Shown: piece by piece, positions 43,072-52,542 of the stretch
How the letters are laid out: every line of letters begins with the position of its first letter
Position numbering within the stretch: the stretch's first letter is position 1
NCBI GenBank assembly: GCA_036257595.1
Contig: DATAFF010000135.1
Coordinates: 13,858 to 77,857 of the forward strand
Reading direction: 5' to 3'
From: Aestuariivirgaceae bacterium
Lineage (GTDB): Bacteria; Pseudomonadota; Alphaproteobacteria; Rhizobiales; Aestuariivirgaceae
Length of the DNA stretch: 64,000 nucleotides
Notes under the pieces: model-generated
What the model was told of the DNA's origin: nothing
Database searches by the model: none
The model's input: only the letters and a program-made list of their open reading frames with translations
Translations under genes and position numbers: made by a program

Positions 43072-43697
43072 GCAGCGCGATGCTTGGCGAAAAACCTAAT
43101 CGCTCCTTCATTCCGCTGGCATTGTTGGTCTTCGCCGGCGCGCTCGTCGCCGATGCAGCCGCGCAATCGCCGTCGAGCGGCTTGCGATCACCGGAAAGCT
43201 TCGCGACCATCGTCGATGAGAGCCGACGCTCGCAGGCATTGTTCACCGAGCTGGGAAAGGTTCTGACCCATCCGCGCTGCTTGAACTGCCATCCGGTCGG
43301 AGATCGGCCGAGACAGGGCGAACATGGCCGTCTGCATCAGCCACCCGTCGCGCGCGGGCCCGACGGCTTCGGTCTCGACAGCCTACGTTGCCCGATTTGC
43401 CACCAGAGCGCCAATTTCGACCCCGGCAGGGTCCCGGGCCACCCCGAATGGCACCTTGCCCCCTTCGAGATGGGTTGGCATGGCAAATCGCTGCACGATA
43501 TCTGCGTCCAGATCAAGGACCCGGCGCGCAATGGCGGCCGCTCTGTCACCGATCTCACCCATCACATTGGCGATGACACGCTCGTGGGCTGGGCGTGGGC
43601 GCCGGGGTTCGGCAGAGAGCCGGCGCCCGGAACCCAGAAGGAAGCAGGCGCGCTCGTTGAAGCATGGGTGAAGACCGGCGCCGCCTGTCCCGACTAG
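43068..43697 (+). CDS. Secreted protein with two CxxCH motifs (putative dihaem c-type electron acceptor)
   Basis: 209 aa with a signal-like N-terminus ([19 protein letters not shown]). CLNCH is at nt 43278-43292 and CPICH at nt 43389-43403. ATG overlaps the upstream stop as ATGA. Confidence 0.65.
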   Translation: MSSAMLGEKPNRSFIPLALLVFAGALVADAAAQSPSSGLRSPESFATIVDESRRSQALFTELGKVLTHPRCLNCHPVGDRPRQGEHGRLHQPPVARGPDGFGLDSLRCPICHQSANFDPGRVPGHPEWHLAPFEMGWHGKSLHDICVQIKDPARNGGRSVTDLTHHIGDDTLVGWAWAPGFGREPAPGTQKEAGALVEAWVKTGAACPD

Positions 43698-43755
43698 AGC
43701 CTGAGGTCGTCGTCAGTGTACCCACCTGATATCTTCATCTTCTAGCATCACCAGA

Positions 43756-46700
43756 TCAATCCCCGCCGAGCCCGAGCGGTGCACTCCCCGCTACCGACGT
43801 CACCTCGCTCAGTTTCCTGGCATCGAGCATCGTCGCGCGGTCATCCGGTCGCACAAGCTGATATTTGACGACCCTCGCCGTCTTGTCCAACGTGGACACG
43901 CCACCCACCAGCAGATCCGCCCCGGTGGTGGTGCTCGTCGTTGCGACGCTGACACCGCCATCGCCATCGAAGGGGTCGAAGCTTGCAATCTCGGCGAATT
44001 CGATATGCTGATGGGCCATCGCACTGTGGAGATACATCGGCGGTCCGCCATCCAGCCGCGAGCCGCTGGAAAACACCTTGACGTTTCCGCCATCGCCGAG
44101 CTGGCCGACGACGATCCGCTCGGCGCCGCCCAGCGATCCGGCAAGCCAGCCGGTGGCAAGCGACACGCCCCCGCGGTAGCCCTCGCCGAACGGTGCGAAG
44201 CTCGCCGTGGTCGCCGGCTGCGGTGGACCGCTCTCCTGGTCTTGCGCCTTGACGGGCGTCATCAGCGAGAAATGAAAGACCTTCACGGTTCCCGGGCCAC
44301 CCGGGCCGGCCGCTGTCACGATGCTGCTGCGCCCAGAAGCAAAGTCGACAAAACCGGCGCTGACGGTCACCCCTGAATGATCATTGTCGTAAGGCTTGAA
44401 CGACGCGAAGAGATCCGGCGCCGCTCCGCGCGTTGCCGACAGCGCATAGATTCGCACTTCGTCCGGGATGCCTGCACCGGAGCCCACGATGATATTGTCG
44501 GCGACCTTGCCGTCGATCTGGGCCGAGGCCACGCTGACGCCGCCGCGCGCATCCGGCGCGAAGGCCATGAAACGCGCCAGCTCGGTCGTGAACGGCGCCT
44601 TGCCCTTCTCGCCCTTGCCCGAATAGACGACGACCTCCGGGGCATGATCCTTGCCGGCACCGACCACGAGGTCGAGCACATTGTCGGCATCGACATCGCC
44701 CATCGCCACGGTTGGAATGCCTTCATGGCCGGGGAATGGCGTCACCGTGCCCATCAGCCGGTCACCGGCCGCATCGTAGATTTTCACCTCGGCGCTTTTG
44801 CCTGCCGCGCCGGGAATGACCACAGCGTAGGTCGATACGGCCGGAATGACATTGACCAGCGCCATGAGGCCATTGTCCTCATGGTTCAACCGATGGCAGT
44901 GCATCACGAAGATGCCGGTATAGTCCTCGAACTTGGTGCGGATCGACAGCCGGCCCCGCTCAATCACGCTCTCGCCCGGCCCCAATGTTGGCGCCGGAAC
45001 ATTGGCATTGTCCTCGCCCCACATCTCGATCCCTGTCTTGAGCCCGACCGTCGGATCGTCATACTCAACCGTTTGGAAATCGTTGACATGGACATGGATC
45101 GGATGCTCGTCATTGTTCTCGTTGACGAAAATCCATTCTTCCACCGAGCCGAGCCGTGGCTGGATCAATGGGACATTCGGGAAGCCCGTACCCTCGAACG
45201 CATAGACGAAGGCCTTCGGGTCGGACGGGCTTGCGAGGTCGTTGAGGAACCCTCCCGAGATCAACAGTTCCCGCTTGACGTCGGGTTCGACCTCGGACAC
45301 ATCGACAAAGGAGTCATAGGCGTTGAGCGCCTGGCCTTCCTTGAAGACCGTCGTCCTGCCCTTGCCACCTTCCGGCGTCGCCCGCGCGAGGACCTGCGTC
45401 GGGAAGACGAAGAAACCGTCCACATAGCTCACAGCTGACGGCAGGACGCTCAGGCTGCCAAGCACGCCGGGCGGAGTATCGCTGCCATTGTTGGTGTAGA
45501 GCACCCCCGGCGCGATAATCGTCTTCGCGCCGCCGCCGCGTGGCGGCATCTCGAGAATGAGGTCGCCCTTTGCCGGCATCGTCACGGCAATCGCGAAGCG
45601 GCTTGCCGGTGGGATCAGCAACCGCGTCCCATTCTCGGTAACCGGATAGTGCACCGCCGGATAGGGATTGCCATCCTGGCCGACGATGGCGATCTGAGGG
45701 TGGCGTCCCGTCGCGGTCTCGGTAAGCTGCACATTCATGTAGGCCATGTCGCTGACATTGGCCAGCACCCAGATCTCGGTCTGTCCTGGCTTGCTCTTGA
45801 TGGTTGGCTGGAACTGACCGTTCACGGTGAACTGCACGTCACGCAGATAGTCCGGCAGCGACGGATCGGCTGCCACGCTGTTCTCCGCCTTGCCGTCATT
45901 TGGCGTGAATTGCTGCAGATTGCTCGGAATGAATTGAAACAGGCCACGGTAGTTCTGGATGGACAGCGGTCCCGAATACCACACCGTCCAGGCGCGCTCC
46001 CCGATTTTCGACTGAGCGAAATTGGTCGGAGCCAGTGACGGGCGATACTTCCCATCCGCGAGCTCGCTGCCATTCGGCCCCTTGAGCGTGCTCACCCACA
46101 TCGGCCAGCTTGGACTGTTCAGTTGCGCGAGACCACCCTTGCGATCGGACACGTAATTATATTGCAGGATCATGTTCCGGATTGGAATCCGGTTCGCCGT
46201 GACCAGCGGGATGTTGCCATCGGTGCGCCCGATTGCCAGGAGTCCCGCCAGGCCAGCGTAAGTCTGGGCAGTCGTCACCGTGTGCAGATGGCTGTGATAC
46301 CAATAGGCGCCTTGCGGCATGTTCTTGGGGATGTCGTAAACATAGGTGTTCGCCATTCCCGGCGCGATGTGAAGCATCACATTGTCGGAATTGCCTTTGG
46401 GACTGACATGGACGCCATGGACGTGAAGATTGAGCGGTGCCGCGGTCAGCTGCTCGGGATAAAGCGGAACCTCTTCACCCTTTTTGATGTATTTCGGGTC
46501 GAAGAAATCCTCGATGGTTAACCCGGTGAGCCCGTTACCCAGGCGGATGACCAGCCTCTCCCCCGGGTCGACCTTGAGCGTTGGCGCCGGATAGAGATTG
46601 TCGCCCTGGAGCTTGCCATTCGAGGCCGTGCCATGAACCAGCTTGTAGGCAAAGACGAGAAAGTTTTGAACTGGCTTGGCGACCGTGTCGAGGGTGACCT

Positions 46701-46890
46701 CGCCCTGATGCGCCGTGAGCTCGACCTCCAGCAGGCTATCCTTGCTGGAAAGAGTGACGGGCTCCCGCAATACGCTTCGCCGTGAAGGATCAAACGCCTC
46801 GGTTGCTTGCGCCGAGGCCGTCGGCCCGAAGGCGAGGACACAGCAGATCGCGACGGCGCTGAAGCAGAGCGCCCAAAAGGACCGGTTCAT
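43756..46890 (-). CDS. Secreted multicopper oxidase fused to a C-terminal FG-GAP-like repeat region
   Basis: Start set to ATG 46890 (GGAAGG 8 nt upstream), with the signal MNRSFWALCFSAVAICCVLAFGPTASAQA. Copper motifs are HVHGVH, WYHSHLH, HPIHVH and HCHRLNHEDNGLM. About the last 350 aa carry repeats such as GDVDADNVLDLVVGAG, IDGKVADNIIVGSGAG and TGADLLVGGVS. Confidence 0.85.
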   Translation of the reverse strand: MNRSFWALCFSAVAICCVLAFGPTASAQATEAFDPSRRSVLREPVTLSSKDSLLEVELTAHQGEVTLDTVAKPVQNFLVFAYKLVHGTASNGKLQGDNLYPAPTLKVDPGERLVIRLGNGLTGLTIEDFFDPKYIKKGEEVPLYPEQLTAAPLNLHVHGVHVSPKGNSDNVMLHIAPGMANTYVYDIPKNMPQGAYWYHSHLHTVTTAQTYAGLAGLLAIGRTDGNIPLVTANRIPIRNMILQYNYVSDRKGGLAQLNSPSWPMWVSTLKGPNGSELADGKYRPSLAPTNFAQSKIGERAWTVWYSGPLSIQNYRGLFQFIPSNLQQFTPNDGKAENSVAADPSLPDYLRDVQFTVNGQFQPTIKSKPGQTEIWVLANVSDMAYMNVQLTETATGRHPQIAIVGQDGNPYPAVHYPVTENGTRLLIPPASRFAIAVTMPAKGDLILEMPPRGGGAKTIIAPGVLYTNNGSDTPPGVLGSLSVLPSAVSYVDGFFVFPTQVLARATPEGGKGRTTVFKEGQALNAYDSFVDVSEVEPDVKRELLISGGFLNDLASPSDPKAFVYAFEGTGFPNVPLIQPRLGSVEEWIFVNENNDEHPIHVHVNDFQTVEYDDPTVGLKTGIEMWGEDNANVPAPTLGPGESVIERGRLSIRTKFEDYTGIFVMHCHRLNHEDNGLMALVNVIPAVSTYAVVIPGAAGKSAEVKIYDAAGDRLMGTVTPFPGHEGIPTVAMGDVDADNVLDLVVGAGKDHAPEVVVYSGKGEKGKAPFTTELARFMAFAPDARGGVSVASAQIDGKVADNIIVGSGAGIPDEVRIYALSATRGAAPDLFASFKPYDNDHSGVTVSAGFVDFASGRSSIVTAAGPGGPGTVKVFHFSLMTPVKAQDQESGPPQPATTASFAPFGEGYRGGVSLATGWLAGSLGGAERIVVGQLGDGGNVKVFSSGSRLDGGPPMYLHSAMAHQHIEFAEIASFDPFDGDGGVSVATTSTTTGADLLVGGVSTLDKTARVVKYQLVRPDDRATMLDARKLSEVTSVAGSAPLGLGGD

Positions 46891-46988
46891 TGAGGTCGCC
46901 TTCCCAAAGACAAGCAGCACGCCAGAAGCATAATCGACAATGGTTATCGAAAATGTCGTACACTGATGACGCTTGTCTGCATTTACCC

Positions 46989-47489
46989 TTAACGCCTGAT
47001 CAGATAGCGAACACCCTTCCCTGTATTGTCGATGGTGGCTCGGCCAATTTCGACGAATCCGAATCGGGCATGAAATGCATCCGACACCGGATTGGGTGGT
47101 CGAAAATTCACTTCGCAGGCGATCGATGGGTGATTCAACCGCCCTGCCCGCCTGATCAGGTCCTCGTACAGCAGCCGGCCCAGGCCATGCCGTCTATGTG
47201 TTGCCGAGACGATGACCCGGTCGATGTAAAGGAATCGATCGAGACGCTGGCGGAACCACTGGAAATGTCCCCCGTCATATCTGTCATCCTGGTCGAAGGC
47301 GAGCATGAAGGCGAGTGCGGGCTCGATGACGGTCGCGACGCACGCCGACTCGATCATGCTGACGAACTTTTCGTCCGTGAGATGTGACGTCTCGCGCGCA
47401 TTGTCGTTGTTCAGCTGCAACAGCCGTTCACGTCCTGGCGAGCTGCTCATCAACGCCTTGACGGCATGGTCCATAGTCTTCAAATCCAT
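46989..47489 (-). CDS. GNAT family N-acetyltransferase
   Basis: YIDRVIVSATHRRHGLGRLLYEDL is an acetyl-CoA binding-type motif. Start trimmed to ATG 47489 and remains uncertain. Confidence 0.7.
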   Translation of the reverse strand: MDLKTMDHAVKALMSSSPGRERLLQLNNDNARETSHLTDEKFVSMIESACVATVIEPALAFMLAFDQDDRYDGGHFQWFRQRLDRFLYIDRVIVSATHRRHGLGRLLYEDLIRRAGRLNHPSIACEVNFRPPNPVSDAFHARFGFVEIGRATIDNTGKGVRYLIRR

Positions 47490-47557
47490 TCGGGCGACGC
47501 TGACAGAATAGCTGCGCAAGTCCCTTGGCGTCACGATCAAATAAAGAGGACCGGAAA

Positions 47558-48559
47558 TTGCGAACCTCACTTTTCGTTGCAGTTCTGCTTGGCCTTCTCG
47601 GCACCGGTGCGCATGCCGCCGATCGTGTCACCGTTCAGCTGGACTGGGTGATACGCGGCAGTCACGCGATGGTCTTCCTCGCCGATGAGAAAGGCTACTT
47701 CAAAGAGCAGGACATAGAGATCGCTGCTGTCAGGACTGGGACCAGCTCCTCCGATGCCCTTAGCCTGGTGGGAGCCGGCAGCGCCGATTTCGGTTTTGCT
47801 GATTTGCCCACCCTCGCTGTTTCGCGCGAGCAGGGCGTCCCCGCGGTGGCGCTCGTTGCGGTCAATCAAACGAGCCCGCTCGCCATGATCGCGCTCGCCA
47901 AGCGAAAGATCCTCGACAGCCCGAAGGATCTGCAAGGCCTCAACGTCGGCGTTCAACCCGCCGGATCGACCTATGTTTTCCTCAAGGCCTTTTTGGCTGC
48001 CAATGGAATGAGCCTGGCGGACATCGAGGAGACACCAGTGGCGCCACCTTATGAGAACGACCTGCTCTCCGGAAAGGTCGATGCGGTGCCGGGTTACATC
48101 GATGCAGAAGTTCCGGTGCTGGAGGCAAGTTCGGGCGGCAGCGGCTCCCTGTCGATCCTGCTGGGATCGAATTTCGGCTACACGGTACTCGGTTCAGGTG
48201 TGTTCACCAGCGAAAGGATGATTGCGGAACGCGCCGACCTCGTTCGACGATTCGTCAAAGCCTATGTGAAGGCATTCGCCGATGTGATCAGCAATCCCGA
48301 CGCAGGTGCCGACAGCATCATCCGAGCCAATGTCGATGCACCGCCCAAGGAGGTTCTGGTCAAGCAGCTCGAAGCCGATCTCAACCACACCTTCCTGAGC
48401 AATCAGACCAAGGAGCATGGCATTGGCTGGATGACCGGCGACCAATGGAAGGAGACGGCCAGGGTGCTCGCCGAGCAGGGCGTGCTGAATAAAGCGGTCG
48501 ACATCGACCGGGCCTATGACACGAGCTTCCTCAAGAGTGCAGATCCGCCGAGGCGTTAG
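47558..48559 (+). CDS. Orphan NMT1/THI5-like ABC substrate-binding protein
   Basis: Start proposed at TTG 47558 (AGAGGA 7 nt upstream), giving the signal (M)RTSLFVAVLLGLLGTGAHAADRV. Contains VQLDWVIRGSHAMVFLADEKGYF. No permease or ATPase gene is adjacent. Confidence 0.75.
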   Translation: MRTSLFVAVLLGLLGTGAHAADRVTVQLDWVIRGSHAMVFLADEKGYFKEQDIEIAAVRTGTSSSDALSLVGAGSADFGFADLPTLAVSREQGVPAVALVAVNQTSPLAMIALAKRKILDSPKDLQGLNVGVQPAGSTYVFLKAFLAANGMSLADIEETPVAPPYENDLLSGKVDAVPGYIDAEVPVLEASSGGSGSLSILLGSNFGYTVLGSGVFTSERMIAERADLVRRFVKAYVKAFADVISNPDAGADSIIRANVDAPPKEVLVKQLEADLNHTFLSNQTKEHGIGWMTGDQWKETARVLAEQGVLNKAVDIDRAYDTSFLKSADPPRR

Positions 48560-48590
48560 GCTCGCCCTCCCCCGAGGCCGAAATGGAACG

Positions 48591-48947
48591 CTATTGTCCC
48601 TGCCGTTTCCTTCGCGTCGCCGCTGCCTTTCGCGCCGACGCTCTGCGGTCGGCCGCCGTTCGACCGGTGCTCGGGCGCTTGCCCAATTCGGTCCAGTCCG
48701 ATTCCGACATTTCGACCCCATAGTGGTCGGCTGCCTTCCTGATGTTCGCGAAGGCCAGCTTGCGTTCCTCGTCTGACACGCCGATTGTCTGATCGAAGCG
48801 GGCAATGGCGTTTCTGACGTGACTGGCGTCGGTCATCGGCTCCTTGCGCTGTTTGGGAAAGGCGAAGACGCTGTCGGGCAGATCGCTGCGTTCAGTCAAT
48901 TCACCGTGCTTCTCATGCGGTTTCCAGGTTGTCTTCATGGATTTCAC
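48591..48947 (-). CDS. Conserved hypothetical protein (DUF6582-like?) with basic tail
   Basis: 118 aa with LPDSVFAFPKQRKEPMTDASHVRNAIARFDQ. Family name recalled, not verified. Confidence 0.5.
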   Translation of the reverse strand: MKSMKTTWKPHEKHGELTERSDLPDSVFAFPKQRKEPMTDASHVRNAIARFDQTIGVSDEERKLAFANIRKAADHYGVEMSESDWTELGKRPSTGRTAADRRASARKAAATRRKRQGQ

Positions 48948-49027
48948 CTCCAGAAAGCCATTCTCCTATGACGAACAATCCTGCGCGGCTTGAGGTTTCC
49001 TCCCGGACCATTCGCCGCGACGAAAGG

Positions 49028-50059
49028 TCATCGGACGAGGAAGCGGATCTCCATGCAATGTTCATAGACTTCGCCGGGCTGCAACCGGGCATCAGGAAAA
49101 TGCGCGAAATTCGGTGAATCGGGAAATTTCTGGGTTTCGAAGGTGACCCCCGAATATCGCCGGTAGAGCTGACCGCCCTTGCCGACCACCGGCGGATCAA
49201 TATAGCCGGCCGTGTAGATTTGGACCCCGGGCTCGCTCGACCTGAGCTCCATCGTGCGCCCGGATTTCGGATCATGCAATGCGGCGACCGGCCTCAAACC
49301 AGGCCCGAAATCGCTGATGACCCAATTATTATCGTACCTGCCGCCTTCGCGGCCGATCGCCTTTTCTTCGCGGAAGTCGAACGCCGTCCCGGCAACCGCC
49401 AGGATCTCGCCGGTTGGGATGAGCTCGTCATCGACCGGTGTGTAGAACCCTGCATTGACCTGCAGCAGCTGATCGAGAACGTCGCCCGAATCATGACCTG
49501 CGAGATTCCAGTAGGAGTGATGCACGAGATTCACCACTGTTTCCTGATCGGATGACGCCGTCATGGTGATGATCAATCGGTCGTCATCGGTGAGGCAGTA
49601 CTTCGACCTGGCGACAAGCCGGCCAGGGAACCCTTCATCGCCATCCTCCGATACCAACGAGAAGCTGATCGAATTTTCAGCCTGGTCGATCTCGCCATCC
49701 CATATCTGTCTGTCGAAGCCCTTGAAGCCGCCATGAAGATGGTTCGGCCCATCGTTTCGGCTGACGTCGATCGGCCGCCCGCCCAGGACAAACCGGCCCC
49801 GTTTGATTCGATTGCCATATCGGCCGCAGGTCGCACCGAAATAGCTGTTGCTCTCGGCATAGGCCGCGAGGTCATCGAAGCCGAGTACCACATCGGCCGA
49901 TATGCCATCCCGGTCCGGCACCATCATCGCGATGAGCCGTGCCCCAAAATTGGTGAGACGCGCGACCAGTCCATTCGCGTTGCTCAGCCTGTAGGCGCTG
50001 ACCGCCTTTCCCTCATACACCCCGAATGGCTGTTCCACGACAATCTCCGACATGAGCAT
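49028..50059 (-). CDS. Aldose 1-epimerase (galactose mutarotase)
   Basis: 343 aa with GATCGRYGNRI...NHLHGG...VHHSYWNL...TQKFPDSPN. Confidence 0.88.
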   Translation of the reverse strand: MLMSEIVVEQPFGVYEGKAVSAYRLSNANGLVARLTNFGARLIAMMVPDRDGISADVVLGFDDLAAYAESNSYFGATCGRYGNRIKRGRFVLGGRPIDVSRNDGPNHLHGGFKGFDRQIWDGEIDQAENSISFSLVSEDGDEGFPGRLVARSKYCLTDDDRLIITMTASSDQETVVNLVHHSYWNLAGHDSGDVLDQLLQVNAGFYTPVDDELIPTGEILAVAGTAFDFREEKAIGREGGRYDNNWVISDFGPGLRPVAALHDPKSGRTMELRSSEPGVQIYTAGYIDPPVVGKGGQLYRRYSGVTFETQKFPDSPNFAHFPDARLQPGEVYEHCMEIRFLVR

Positions 50060-50150
50060 CGATCCAGCCTAGCCTTGGCTGGTCAGGCAGGGACTTTGAC
50101 CCAAGATCCTCTATAGTGGACGCATTGTCCGGTTGAAATGGAGATCGCTG

Positions 50151-51299
50151 ATGAAAGACGCCTCAACCAGAGGACCCGATGGCGAACGGAAGTTGAGCGA
50201 TCCTGGGCCGGAGAATAGGCCGCTGCTCCGGGAAAATCCCAGCAGCAACACACCGCCCTTCACCGATCGCGGCAATCCGGGCCCACTCTGGTACTCGTTC
50301 GATCTCGCCCCGCGGCGGGTGCAGGAGGGAGGCTGGACCCATCAGGTCACGCAACGCGAGCTTCCCTCCTCGAGGGACCTCGCTGGCGTGAACATGCGCC
50401 TTGACGCCGGAGCCTTTCGCGAGCTCCATTGGCACAAGGCGAATGAATGGGCCATGATGTTGACCGGCAGGGCGCGCGTTAGCTTGCTGCAGGCCGACGG
50501 CAAGATGTTCATCGACGATGTCGAAGCAGGCGACCTCTGGTACTTCCCGGCCGGCCTGCCGCATTCCATCCAGGGTTTGGCCGGCGATGGCTGCGAGTTC
50601 CTCCTGGTCTTCGATCAGGGCGACTTTTCCGAGGATGACACCTTCCTGCTGTCGGAATTCCTGGCACACACCTCACCCGAGATGGTGAAGAAGAACACCG
50701 GTTGGACCAGAGCCACTTTCGACCGCTTGCCGCATAAGGAGCTCTATATATTCGACGCGACCCTTCCCGGCCCGCTCGAGGACGACAAGCGGTTCCTGGG
50801 TTCCTATCTCGAAACCGAGCGCCGATACACCTTCAAGATGGCGGCGATGGAGCCAACGCTGACGGCGCCAGGCGGCACCGCGCGGATCGTCGATTCCACC
50901 AACTTTCCGGTGTCGACGGGGATCGCCGCGGCCATGGTGACGATCAAGCCGGGAGCAATGCGCGAGATGCATTGGCACCCCAATGCCACCGAATGGCAAT
51001 ATTGGATCAAGGGCAAGGGACGAATGACAGTGGTCACCACGCAGGCGACGGCGCGGACTGTCGACTTCAATGCCAATGATGTCGGCTTCGTCCCGAGCGC
51101 CGCCGGCCACTGCATCGAGAATACCGGCAGCGAGGATGCCGTCTTCCTCGAGCTGTTCAAGGCGCCGCGCTACCACGACATCTCGCTCAACGAATGGATG
51201 GCCCGCATGCCCGACAAGATGGCTGAGGCGCATCTGAGGATCCCGCTCGACACCATGCGAAGCGCCCCTCAGACCAAGAAGGGACTGGTCTCGGAATAA
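50151..51299 (+). CDS. Oxalate decarboxylase-family bicupin
   Basis: Two cupin Mn motifs, RELHWHKANEWAMM and REMHWHPNATEWQYW. Start set to ATG 50151 (GGAG 7 nt upstream). Confidence 0.88.
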   Translation: MKDASTRGPDGERKLSDPGPENRPLLRENPSSNTPPFTDRGNPGPLWYSFDLAPRRVQEGGWTHQVTQRELPSSRDLAGVNMRLDAGAFRELHWHKANEWAMMLTGRARVSLLQADGKMFIDDVEAGDLWYFPAGLPHSIQGLAGDGCEFLLVFDQGDFSEDDTFLLSEFLAHTSPEMVKKNTGWTRATFDRLPHKELYIFDATLPGPLEDDKRFLGSYLETERRYTFKMAAMEPTLTAPGGTARIVDSTNFPVSTGIAAAMVTIKPGAMREMHWHPNATEWQYWIKGKGRMTVVTTQATARTVDFNANDVGFVPSAAGHCIENTGSEDAVFLELFKAPRYHDISLNEWMARMPDKMAEAHLRIPLDTMRSAPQTKKGLVSE

Positions 51300-51316
51300 C
51301 AGGTGTTGCCGACTGC

Positions 51317-51886
51317 CTAGCAATCGGTGCAGGTCAGCCGGTTCGACTGACGCGGCCTCAGCGTCATCTGGTCCGACAGGTTCACCTTGCCATCGCCCAG
51401 GATCCTGCCGGTCACCGGCGCCACCTCGTAGCACACGCGGGCAGTGACCACGTCATTGCCATCGCTGGTCAACTGCTTGAACAGGTCGGTATTCGCCGTC
51501 GGAGCGGCGCCGCAGCTCCGGCCATTGTTGTCCTGCCAGGCGAGGACGACATTGTCGCCGTCGCGACGATAGCCGAAAACCTCAAGCGTTAGATCATTCG
51601 TCGAGTAAGGGTCCATGATGGCTGTCGAGGCACGATAGAACCCCGCAAGCTCCGCCTTGGTGGTGGTGCCGGGCGATTGCGTGACGAGATCCGCCAGCGT
51701 GCTCGCCATCTGCGTCACCCGCCTGTTGGCCGACAGCACGGTGGTGAGGTCGAGCAGGCCGAAATAGATCATCAGCATGACCGGGAGGATAAGTGCCACC
51801 TCGATGGCGGCAACGCCCATGACATTGGCGAAGAATGCCTTGGACCGCGTCGCCGCGGAATCAACCAGCCTATTGATCGTCATCAT
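51317..51886 (-). CDS. TadE/TadG-like pilus assembly (pseudopilin-like) protein
   Basis: N-terminal GVAAIEVALILPVMLMIYFGLLD, a TadE-like hydrophobic segment. Confidence 0.7.
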   Translation of the reverse strand: MMTINRLVDSAATRSKAFFANVMGVAAIEVALILPVMLMIYFGLLDLTTVLSANRRVTQMASTLADLVTQSPGTTTKAELAGFYRASTAIMDPYSTNDLTLEVFGYRRDGDNVVLAWQDNNGRSCGAAPTANTDLFKQLTSDGNDVVTARVCYEVAPVTGRILGDGKVNLSDQMTLRPRQSNRLTCTDC

Positions 51887-51905
51887 CGCGCAAAGCCCTC
51901 GAAGG

Positions 51906-52445
51906 TCACTTGGGAAATGGCTCGTTGCGGAACGCGGTGGCTGCGGTCAGCACGCGCCGGTCCTTCGCCAGATTGGCGAGTAACGTGATGCCGGGCGTGA
52001 AGAGCCGCCAATCATAAAACACGCGCACCACCACCACCTCGAGCGGATTTCCCGGCTGGAACTGCGCCTGCGTCGTGACCTCTGGCGACAGCTGGTCGCC
52101 ATTGCGGGACGGCGGCAGATCGATGCTCGGGAAGTCCGGAAAGCGACGGACATCGACATGGAGCTTGCTCTGGCAGTCGAGGACCTTCGTCAACGATCCG
52201 CACACCAATTCCCTGAACCGGCCCTGCGAGATGCCCTGGCTCTGCACCTGCCCGGTGCGGATTAGCCGCCCTGCCTGGATCGTGCCATTCTCGATGATGT
52301 ATTCGGCGAACAGCATGAGGCCGGTCTCGAACACCACGCAGAGCACCCAGATGAACGGCGCTGCCACCAGGCCGAATTCAAGGGCCGTTATACCGCTGTC
52401 TGCGCGGCGATAGCGCCGCAGCAGGCGGGTGAAGCCTGTCGTCAT
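51906..52445 (-). CDS. TadE-like pilus assembly protein
   Basis: N-terminal SGITALEFGLVAAPFIWVLCVVFE. Confidence 0.75.
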   Translation of the reverse strand: MTTGFTRLLRRYRRADSGITALEFGLVAAPFIWVLCVVFETGLMLFAEYIIENGTIQAGRLIRTGQVQSQGISQGRFRELVCGSLTKVLDCQSKLHVDVRRFPDFPSIDLPPSRNGDQLSPEVTTQAQFQPGNPLEVVVVRVFYDWRLFTPGITLLANLAKDRRVLTAATAFRNEPFPK

Positions 52446-52542
52446 GATCGTCTCCGAGAAAGCCTTACGGCCCCTGCCTGTCGCCCACTCGATTGACTTT
52501 TAGCGAACCAGTCCTGATCGCTCGTTAATGCGCGCGGTAAAT

